Of a stretch of DNA of 64,000 nucleotides, positions 48,812-59,800 are shown piece by piece; positions within the stretch are counted from its first letter, which is position 1; each line of letters starts with the position of its first letter. This DNA comes from Ascidiella aspersa (taxonomy: Eukaryota), in NCBI GenBank assembly GCA_963924565.1, contig OZ004615.1, forward strand, positions 8,928,001-8,992,000, in the 5' to 3' direction. A model generated the notes under the pieces. The model made no database searches. It was given only the letters and a program-made list of their open reading frames with translations, and had not been told where the DNA came from. The translations under genes and the position numbers were made by a program.

Positions 48812-51800
48812 ATGGGCGTGTGTTGTTCAAAACGCGGCGTGGTGGCTGTCAAAGAAATTTCTGGCCTTCCAGCCACTGAAGAAAGTTTGTTAATTAAGGA
48901 AACTGTGGGTGACGTTTCAGGTAATTATAAAATAATCCAGTTATCTACTAGTTTGTAATTGACAGTCTTATTCAAAAAGTATGCTGATGGTCAAACCATA
49001 ACCATATCAATTGCTTTGCGTATAAATTTCTAACGATAGTTAGAATAAGTTGTTGCGCCATATAATTTTTGCATAATTTTAGTCATTATATCTTTTAAAT
49101 AACACAACATTTAGGCATATAGACGTTGTTGTAAAACTTTAAAATATTAATTATTGTAAAAGGAGGCCACAGAAATAAAATATGTGGATATAAAATGAAT
49201 AGAGTGAAAGTAAAGTAGTTATAGGTTACCAAATCCGTCATTTTGTGCGACATTTAGCGTTTCCGCGTTAGAAGACGCATAGAATACTTTTTGCCTAAAA
49301 TGAATTATGGGCGTTTTGTTAGGATTGTATCCCAACATATATAAACAAAACATGCTATGATCTTTTGTACTAAGATTACAGTTATATTCAATACTGCAAA
49401 ATATTATGTTAGTGTATTTTATATGTAGGCTATCTTGTGTCATTGAGCTGCCTTACACAATTTTAAAATAGTTTTTCTCTGTTGCACACCAATTCGCCCA
49501 TTAGTCTGGATTAAACAGTTTATTGATACTCATGAACTCTAAGTGGAATTAATACCTGATGAAGTCAGCGCGAAGGTTTTTGTCAGATTTGTGCCGGAAG
49601 TAAATCATGTGCAAGTGTAGCCTATTAGTAATTAACGGTTATCCAATATTAAGTTTCCTACGCCAAACAATCCTATTTGTGATTCAGGTGCAAAGAATAC
49701 AAACGGAATTGAATCAAGGCTGAATTTACCTAACGTCGTTGAAAGGTACTAAATCGTACACATTTATTACAGTAGTAAATTGAGGTATTTATTTTTTAAC
49801 AAATTGAGTAGGTTCCATAGACCATGATCGGGTGCTTTATTCTGAATAAGTTTTCAACTTTCGAATGTCGGCATTGTAGGCTTATCTGTTGAAAAAATCT
49901 AAGTGTTTTCTTTATATTTTTTGTACGCTTATGGATGATACCCTATACTTCAAAGAAACAAAAATAAATTTTCTTATTTCAATTCTATATGACGATCCAT
50001 TTTTCAATATTTGGATAATAGCGACGTTAAAAGATTTATTTTAAAATAAAAAATGAAATAATACGATAGTGTTATGCCATTGTTAACAACAGGTAACAAT
50101 TTGTTTTACAGTTCTCGTGAGGTGGCAACACAAGAGGCGGAAACTATCCATAGTATTGACCAACAGAATAATTCGGCTAACAGGGCGACCCTGATTTTCC
50201 CAACCTACTCTGGTTACCGGGCGCCAAGTAACTCTAGCCCTGGTTTCGGCGCAAAAAACTACAGCACTAATAACCCTCCGAAAGCCTACGTATCGCCCAT
50301 TCCATCCAGAGCTACAGGGTCGTCGCCCTTAGCAAACCGCAGTGCTCTGGATTACTTGTCAACTCGTCCGTCGCCTACGATTACACGCTATGCACCGATG
50401 GCGTCGCCTTCTTTGCCCCGCAAAAGTATGCCGAGTCCATTTCAAATGCGATCCACGAAACTCGTGAATACCAGCGGCGATTTTGACTCCGATCTTGAGT
50501 CCGACTCGGAAAAAGAAGTTTCACTTAATGTGACGTCAATCGCTGAAAGGGTCGAAGTTGCTGACGAAACACCACCACCAACAGGTAGATTTTAAATCTC
50601 GGAGGTTCTTAAAACTTTCCAAAGCGAAAAAAATAGCAAATATTTCATCATAGATAAAACTCATCATTAATTTTTTACATGTGTAGAGCGAAATCCCCCT
50701 AATTTTGAAACGACAACCCAGAGCACTGATGTGCAACAAGTGAACTCTAAGTCCAGCAGTTCGACAATGACAGAGGTATTTCAAGTCAATCTCTTGTTAA
50801 TATGTTTCATATGAAAACACATCATAAATACATTCTTACGAATTAGAAAGGAAACATTTGAGCGTTTTATAGATTAACTTGTTTGACTGTAAATTGTTTA
50901 TGACACGAAAGAATATCTATGGATTTAATATGTTCAACGATTAGTCGTAGTACAGTTTGTTTAATCCTGTTTATAGCCATTACCAACTACTGGTGACAAA
51001 ATAAGCTCTGCGAAAGCGAGATCTCGACAAGACAAAGTTTCGTCGAGCACCAACACAATGGAAGGTAGAATGATCGTTGATGCTATCCATAAATTTGACA
51101 TGGAATTTTGAATTTTAGTGCGCTAATTGGCATATTCGTGTATAAAAATATCAAATTGTATTCTATGTAACTGCCATATCAAATTAATCAACAAAAGTGT
51201 TTGGATAACGCAAAACCGAGCGATTGCTTTCCGAAGCGTTTTAATTTGCACCCAAATTATTTGAATTGCGTTTTATGACGTTTGCTTTTCCACCGTGTCA
51301 AGCGTATTATTAGGTAACATGTGTAACAAAGTTAATGACGTCACCAATGTGCATAGTGACGAACGATGTTCAAACAAATACCGAGACACCAAGCCACGAA
51401 ACCCCCTTGACAACTTCAAGTGACTCACAGACCGCTACAGCGAAAGAAGATTTTATTCAGGTATGCGTTACGAATAATCGTATTTCAAAGGCAAAACCAA
51501 ATAAAAAACTTTACACTCACAAATTCCAAACTAATGGAACATTTTCATTTTTAAAAACGTCAAAATTTCGGAGTTTTTAATAACAGACGGTGGACGCGTG
51601 CGTTGGAACCGAGAGTGAAGTCTACTTCCGTTCTGATGTCACAGTACAAGTTATCAATAAAAAGGAGTTAAAGAAAAGGCGAAAGAGGCTTACGGCCAGT
51701 ATGGCGGTAGGAACAGACAAAAGTGAGACTGCTGTTATAAATATTATTGGTTACTGGCGTATTCAGATAATTTTAAGAGCAATATGTAAAGTTGTTTTAG

Positions 51801-54800
51801 TATTACAACATTAGAAAACATTTAACAGTTTTAAAAACGCTAAATGAATTTGAGATTCTGTTTCGTTTTTGTTCAAGGTCTCAACGACGCGAAATCGCCA
51901 ACATTTGTTGAGCCGAACAAATCCAAATTGCCAAAGTAAGACTAAATATTTAGCAGTAATAGCCATGAAGCAATTAATCTTTACGGTTTCAACGCATTTA
52001 GAATCATTATGGAGCACGTGGACGAACCTCAAACTCGGCCACCATCCCCTCTGGCGACATTTAGCAGTCAGCAGACGGAGCGGGAAATTCCGAAACCAGA
52101 CCCAATTATAGAAACTTTGGAAAACGCGTTTTACAGATTTGCAAGGTAGAGTCGATACATTCTGTCTGCTCTAGCTAAACTGCCAATTTACCATACCGTG
52201 ACAAATAAGGACCACTATATTTTGTGTTTCGATAACAATCATTACTTTCCATGACCTCAACAATCAAAGAGGTTTGCAAGTTAAACCCTTTACGTAGCAT
52301 TAAGTGCTAAAAACGTATAAAGCTCTTTAATCGAAATTCATATTTTTCTTTTGTAATTTAGGTACGGTGAGGTGAACAGCGAAGGTCGGGAAATGAACAA
52401 CAAGAACTGGGCCAAGCTTTGTCGAGATTGCGACTTTATTGACAATCGAAATATACTCGTCGGAGATGTGGACGTCATTTTCTCGCGTCATAAGTAGGGC
52501 GATGATTTTTTTGACCTAAAAAAATGAAATTTTGACTCATTTGAAATGCATTAATTTAAACAACATATTGTTCTTTGAAATACCGCATTTGTGTATTGGC
52601 GTCGTCGACCACACGTTTTTGATACACAAGTCAGTCCTTTTTTGGGTATATGCAAAACTCTTCAAAATGCTTAGTTAATTTTTTTGTCTAGGCCATTCAA
52701 AAAGACAAACACCTATAAAAAAGCCTAGAAAACAAGACGATGATCATTTAAAAAAAATGTAAACAGTTGAAATACAAGGTAAAAATAATTGCAGAAAATT
52801 AAAAAAGCGTATACCGACACCGTACATTACTCTAATGAAGATATAATGCAGTTAAAATGTACGTTAAATGTAATTCCAAAATATTTTTTGTGACGAAATT
52901 TAACTGAACGACAATTTCAAAAAGCTAACTCGTTTTTCATTTTGTAAACGTGCATTTTTAATCGATTTTGACTTGAAATAATGTTGACAAATGTTGACCC
53001 AACATGAAAATTTTGACAGTTTTTTAGTTTTTTTGACAAGTCATAAAATAATCGCCCTAGTCATAGATATAATGAAAATAAGAAATCGTGATTTTGTGTA
53101 ATTGGTCCTACTACAATCTACATGCTGAAAATTAACATTTTTAAAATAAATAAGCATACAACCTATTAAAATGAAAGCAGTGTAACAGATTCTAAGCTGT
53201 TTGCATGTATTTTTTTATTATTTCGAGTGCGTAAAGTTAACATTTTGTAGGCCTAAAGGAGAGCGTTTGATCACATTCGATATGTTCCTGAACTGCCTGA
53301 ACGAGATAGCAGACCGAAAGTTGACCAAGCAGAAGAAGGATGAAAAATCAAGGAGGGAAGTTATTTACCACAGAGTGATTGGGAAAGCTCCGGAACTGGT
53401 TGGAATCACGGTTAGTAGAAACAGCACTTTTAAGAAGTAACATTTGCTCGTGTTCTGCTGCATTACAGTTGCGCTTTATCGGCCTAAGTGACCGTAGAAG
53501 AACTCATGGTATATATTTAGTTTTAGAGAACTTAAACGATTTAGGTTTTACACGTTTAAAAAATCTGGGGTTTTGCGAAATTTAAATAAAAGCGATTTTA
53601 TGACAAAATTATAACACTATTTTAAAGGACACAAACCCAAACCTTATATGATTTTACCGAAAATTGCTTTACAATATGCTTATTGCTTATGATGTGGATA
53701 AAATTGCCTTGAATTTTTGAATAAATACGTTCATTTCAATCCTAAATGCCAAATATTATTTTATAAAATTTTCACTCCGTATTCACAAATGTTTTGTGTT
53801 TTGTACTTCTTATGTTTTGTACAGGAGGTTTCGAAAACTGGAAATGTTAGTCGAATGACCGACCACCACCTGTATCCGGCTTCACACAAAATGCGGTTAG
53901 TTGTATACATATTATAAACTTTGTTAACTAAATGTTCAGTGTTTCCCAACCTTTTTGACACTAGTGCCCCCTTGGGCTAAATATTATTTCATATCGCCCC
54001 CCTCATCTTGCTTTACAGTAAAGTATCATATTAATCGTTGTCTAACATCATATTGTCTGCACTTTTGTTTCGATAAGCTGTCCGTAATATTTTAGGTTGT
54101 CTAACTTACATTCACTATAGGAATTTATGGATACATTAATTCACCAGGTTATGTCATTACAAGGAAATATTCAACTTTCTGCACCAATACTATCAGGGGT
54201 CGGCAACCTTTTCTTGTCACTGGCACCAATCAAACTCAGAAAGGTCTCTGTGGGCCGCACAAAAAGTAAACTAAGAATTGTGTTATTGGAATGTTAGAAC
54301 AACTGTGAATCAGGCGGACCTCGGATTTTTTCATCCATACTACTAATGAAAAGTGCAATAAAGCTAGTTTGAGGAAACGCGATAACCTTAGTGTTTATAG
54401 ATAGTGTAATTCAGTGTTTGTTAAGCTCTTTAAGTCCTGGCGCACCTGGCGAGCGAAGCGAGCGCAATATTTTTGGGGTATACCAACATTTCTTTTAAAT
54501 TTCGTGCTAGTATTTATTACAGAGCGTTTTATAGAATAACTTGTTTGACTGTAAATTGTTTATGACACGAAAGAATATCTATGGATTTAATATGTTCAAC
54601 GATTAGTCGTAGTACAGTTTGTTTAATCCTGTTTATAGCCATTACCAACTACTGGTGACAAAATAACAAATCAAAAAATGTTAAAAAATATATGTCTAAT
54701 ACTTTTGAATACGTTTTCCTTTTGTCCGCAACCGTAAAAAAGCGCTAATCTATTCCAAAGACAGAATTAAAACGTAAACAAACTGGACGTAGAAAGATCA

Positions 54801-55923
54801 TTGGCGCGAAGCGCAAAATTTTTTGCCCGTACTAAGTTAAAATCGTCAAAAAGTATTTAAAATGGACTCGTGTCAAGTTGTCAAAGAGGTGGCGGGCCGT
54901 AAGTTGGCGACCCCTGCTTTAAATATACAAACATTTTGCCGCGTATAAAACTGTGAAACACTACAACAACCAACAACTTTACATAAGAAAGTCAATTATT
55001 ACGTAACAATGGTCGGAAAACTACCACAAGTTCGCAGTACAAAAGTTGCCATTTAAGGTTAAAAGTTACCTACAGTCCTGTTTGTTACTATTTTTATGTG
55101 AACTTTTTATAAAATTTAGCCTATAAGTACTTTTATGTAACGCCCCCTTATGTGCATTCAGCGCCCCCCAAATTAGAAACAGATCCAAAACGCCCCCTTG
55201 TAACTCGCCAACGCCCACAAGGGGGCGGTACCGCCCACGTTGGGAACCTCTGCTTTAAACGAAAGAAAGCTTATCGTTTTCTGATTCTATAGGAAATACA
55301 ATACAAGTTACTGCACCTAAACGTGGGTTTTCATTTTACGTGGGCTGAGCAGAAGCCTATAGCAAAGGGCTACTCAACTGGCGACCGCGGTCCGAATGCG
55401 GACCTTTTAGTGTTGAATACGGACCTTCTGTCCCAGTATTTTCCTTAGCAATATGATTTGATGAGTTTTTCTTGGCAAACACTTGCTGCTGTTCATCGAA
55501 AACCTCTTTCTATAGTAACGGATATTACAGTATTCACATAGTGAAAGCAAAAGACATATGTAATTTATACCGTATTACATTTTGTATGACTGTAAATTAT
55601 TTTATGATATAGTTATAACGGGCCTAAGCAAATTTTCAACTTTTGTAACTAGACCTTTGCTAAAAATAGTTGAGTAGCCATGCTATGACACAATCACTTT
55701 TTACAGGTTTGACGAAGAAGGTAGGGGCTTAGGCATCGATGAGAAGTTTGAGATGATTGATGCCCATTTCGGATACGTGAACGGTTACAAGGAGCGCAAT
55801 CAGTACGATCAAAAACTCGCCGGACGTCCAACCTCAAGCTCGTCCAGCATAAGACCTTCCTCAAACTCCTCAAAAATCAGACCAGGAACATCTTCCTCGC
55901 AAAGAAGTCAAAGCCCCAGATAA
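48812..55923 (+). CDS. TPPP: Tubulin polymerization-promoting protein (TPPP/p25-alpha family) with long N-terminal extension, ~612 aa, 13 coding exons
   Basis: Exons 48812-48920, 49688-49745, 50112-50584, 50687-50775, 50977-51064, 51357-51460, 51587-51722, 51878-51935, 52002-52145, 52362-52493, 53251-53410, 53825-53895, 55707-55923 (1839 nt, phases consistent). p25-alpha domain LENAFYRFARYG..GREMNNKNWAKLCRDCDFIDNRNI..DVDVIFSRHK..ITFDMF..GKAP..VSRMTD..SHKMRFDEEGRGLG..GYVNGYK..YDQK. The domain call is very secure; joining of the 5' exons is inferred from phase continuity. Confidence 0.88.
54194..54916. mobile_element. hAT-type MITE nested in the outer element, containing a copied host-gene fragment
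   Basis: CAGGGGTCGGCAAC ... GTTGGCGACCCCTG termini, subterminal GGGCCG motifs; no clean TSD. Confidence 0.7.
54522..54666 (+). repeat. 145 bp direct copy of 50860-51004 (end of TPPP intron 4 plus first 28 nt of exon 5)
   Basis: 144/145 identity read directly (atagattaac vs atagaataac is the only difference seen). Confidence 0.95.
55363..55682. mobile_element. hAT (Charlie-like) MITE just upstream of the last TPPP exon
   Basis: GGCTACTCAACT / AGTTGAGTAGCC inverted termini; CGGACC subterminal repeats. Confidence 0.7.
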
Positions 55924-56815
55924 AATTTGTTTAGCTTAACTTGTTTGGTTTATTAGAATTGTTGTGATGCTTTACAAACTTTATGGATAGTGGATCTGTC
56001 GCAACAAAACGGTTGATCGTAATGAGGGGCTGTTACATTTATCCATGCGTTCGTCCTTTTGCATATTAAACTATTCATATGCCTGGTGCAACATGTATAC
56101 TACGTTACTCATTCAACATATTTTCCTTTTTCTGGGTTTAATATAGACTATCTTTTATACAACTTATCACAATTCAAGTTAGAGCGTAAATGCTAAATAT
56201 GTCAAGGAAACTGCTTAGGGCAAAACTTTGACTTTTGTCACTGTGAAAAAAAATGCTTTTGCACAATCCTCAACTATACTGAAACAAGTCTTTATTCGTT
56301 TATTGTCTTCTTTTTACAAAGTATTTTTACCCAAATGTGTTTATTGTCTTGAGGTATGACAAATGTATTGTAAAATAGCTAAAAATATATTATTCATAAC
56401 TTTGTCCTGAAAGTACGTTAAGTCATTTTGTTATAGTCTATTCTTTCGCTGAAGGAACCAAATAGAGTTATGGGCGGCAGAAAATTTTAATAGCTGGTAA
56501 GTTCCGGCCTTTCTCTTTGGGACGACAAAATCGTCATATGTGGGCAGTTATATATTAACGTATATGCGCGTATTACGCAGTTGCATTACAGATATAAAAA
56601 CGTGTTCTGTAAATAAATGTTAAGATGAAACATATAGTTTTAAAAAGAATTATAAATACTTATACTGCGTTAAAAACTAGAAATCTATGACAACATTTTT
56701 AATATAATTTTATCATCGCATTTTGAATAGGGCAAAGTTCAGTTGGGTTTTACAAATTTTTATACATAATAAAACACAGTAAATAGGCTTGAGTTTAACA
56801 CCGGCTCTCCTGCCT

Positions 56816-59800
56816 TTATGCATTGTTAGATTCTGATTGTCCACTTTCCCAGCTGTCGCTCTGGCCGTCCCCATAAGGAGGAACGTTAGTAGGTGGTTGC
56901 TCTTTCTTAACGTGAACCATCCACAGATTCCTCCAGTAACGAGTTTTCATAAGCTTATGAAAGCGAGTGCGCATCGCTGGAACGCGGGAAAAATACAGGA
57001 ACGGGTTCAGCAATGAGTTTAGAGTTGTGATCTGAACAAAGGTACTTCGTCAGTTAGATTATGAACGTTATTAACTGAATAAAAGAAACTGTTAAGGATG
57101 CACCAAAAATCTTACAGTTGATGATCTACAAAATGTACTTTGTTTGGTAGGATAAATACCATTACATAATAAATATAGGAAACGGCTAGGCTAGCTAAAA
57201 GCTAGTTTACCAAAATAAACTTTTAATATACTGTGCCCAATACATTAACTGCGAGTAAATGCACGGCAATCACTATTCTAAAGTTCTCCGTACTAAATTA
57301 GTTGAACTAAAACGTAACGCATTCTGTTTCACAACAGGAAGTTGGTTTTATGTCAGGGATATGTATTTATGCCACTTTATTTGTTTATGGGCTAAAAGCG
57401 GGGAATAATTCATAATCATAGCCAGTTAAATATTTGTAGTTACGTATTTTTACCTATTTCGGTGCATTTATCGAAATATTGGCCCTGTTTTAATATACCC
57501 TCAGCTACCCTCGCAGGGCCTGTTATGTCCCCTTAAATGCCTTACCTGCAACAGAATGTTGAATATTTCCTTCAGGCTTCGGTCGTTGTGTGCGTATGTG
57601 TACATGATAAAGATCATGAGCGGGCACGTTGTGATGACGAACACAGTCATGATGGCAAACATCGAACGCATCACGCGCACGTCACGGCGACGACCCACCT
57701 TGGTGCGACGTCGTTTCTTTGCTGCAGTGAGGCGACGCAAAGTCCCGATCATACTTTGCGTGACCGACTGTCGCTGATTGGAAGGTAAACTTTTTTTGCT
57801 CTTTGGTCGCATCACGACTTTGGGTGACGTCGCCTGTGTGGACTCGGCTTTTCGATATAGAACGGGTTTACTAACCCCAGGACTGATTGGAGTTCGTGGT
57901 GGGCTAACTGGGTTAAGTTTTTCCTCTTGTTTGTTGGATTCCCTGCTGCTGTCCGTCAGTTGAGTTTCGTCTGTGTTATTGTGACTACAACCTTCCCGAC
58001 TATCTGTATTCACTACGTTAAACTGGAATGCGCCATTCACTGGGATAAATACGTCGTCGTCAGGAGTTGTACGGCAAGCGTTTGATAGAGTTGGCAACGC
58101 AGCGTTGTTTTTCGTCCCATTTGTCGAACTAAGTTGGGTCTGTTGACTGCCGCTCGACGATTTTCGACTGTTGGCTGTCGAATGCCGAATCTTCTGTGAT
58201 TGCTTATGGATGCCGTAAAACATGAGGGCGTATATTACCACCGTGAATAGGAAGGTAACGCTTGACATGGCGCTGGCAAGAAGCAACTGCAACTTTGTGA
58301 GAGGTGGCAACTGTTGTGAACACGACTCATCGAAGCAATACTTAGCATCGGGGTGCAAGTTATGAATTCTGTGAAAAAATAGGCTGATTCTAACTATACT
58401 TGGCACAAATTTACTTAGAGTTTAAATAACTATATAAAATTTCGTGTAGTTTAAGCTGACTTTTTTCGGCAAAACTAGTTTAAGCTGTATTTTTCGGTAA
58501 TACAATTTACATTTATGAGATTTCAAATCTAAAAGCGAGGTAAAATTTAAACAAGAAAGAAATTATGTTTTATAATTGATGTAAAAATATCAAAATAACT
58601 TTATAACAGTTCTACAAGCTGATAGATACCTCGCATAGTATTATTTTTTTTAAGACAGCTTACATAATATACCCTACCCACGGACTCAAGCCATAAGACT
58701 TAAATAAGAACAAGATCAACGCCGAATAAAACCAAGTTCGAGATTAGACCAAACTTTGACTAGTACCAAATAGTCGTAGTACCGCCTAAATCGGAAAAGT
58801 CCTAAACCCGTCGGAATAACACCTAAATCAGTGCTTTTCAACCCGTGGGATGGTACGCACTTGTGCGGATGAAAAAAATTGTAACGCGGATGACTAACGT
58901 CGTGCGAATAAATGTGCGGATGAAAATGGTGCATGTTATTGTTTTTTATTATGTGTAATACAGTAATCAAATAAGCTGGTGCGCCCACTTATGCGTTACA
59001 GGTACAGTAATCTCAGTGGTTCATTGCAGCTTAAGCTATCTATTTTATATCGGTCAAGGCTTATAGGCACACTGTTTTAATACACAAACCCTGTATTGTT
59101 ATTTCACTAATAAAACTAAAGGTTGTAAACTTACTGTACTTGTTTCGTGCGGATGGAAATTTTCCGAAATAATAAAGTGCGGATGAAAATTTTAGAGGTT
59201 GAAAACTTGAAAAGCACTGACCTAAATGATCAAAATCAGACCTAAACAACACTTTGCCTAACCTGAAATCCAACTCCTATGTACATCACTAACTCCCCTA
59301 GTATTTCAAACCTAAACCATTTTCTAACCCCACCCATTACCCGCCAATAACCAAAAACAGGGCCAAAAACCCGGTGCCAAAACAGCGGCACCCCAACGGT
59401 GCCGGCCAAACTAGGGCGCTCAAACGTCGACACAAAAAATGGCTGAAGTCAGACCGACGGCCCCCTATCGTCCCATATAACCTATACTGACACTACAGTT
59501 TCAAGCGTTATTTTTGCCATTTAGGCCTATTTTAGAAGAATTTAGGGCGTATTTCGGCAGATTTTGGTCTTATTCAGACGCTTTTGATCTTATTCTGTAT
59601 TGGAAATTACTGCGTATTGGGCTTTATTATGTCCTTGGTCCTAATACAATGGTTTTATAGACTTTTCTGCTTTACGTATTGCTTCTTTTTAGGTCTTGTT
59701 GTGTGTTCGTATATCCACCACCAAAAGCATATACCTCACTATAATAACTAGGACCAGGGGCTGATCCAATGAGCACTAGGCCATTCTCCGCTCCCAAACT

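Larger units (their letters stand above)
53937..55252. mobile_element. hAT-type MITE (outer element) in the last TPPP intron
   Basis: CAGTGTTTCCCAAC ... GTTGGGAACCTCTG termini; subterminal CGCCCCC repeats; TSDs do not match (taaatgtt / ctttaaac). Confidence 0.65.

Noticed and set aside
31811-55923. Functional cluster of the palmitoyltransferase ZDHHC24 with the putatively palmitoylated TPPP
   Set aside because: Only proximity supports it; the genes are on opposite strands with SWT1 between them, and neighbourhood rarely implies enzyme-substrate pairing in animals
58829-59219. GCGGATG repeats with variable spacers resembling a CRISPR array
   Set aside because: Repeats are short, irregularly spaced and enclosed by TIRs and a TSD, i.e. 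MITE subterminal repeats; eukaryotic context, no cas genes
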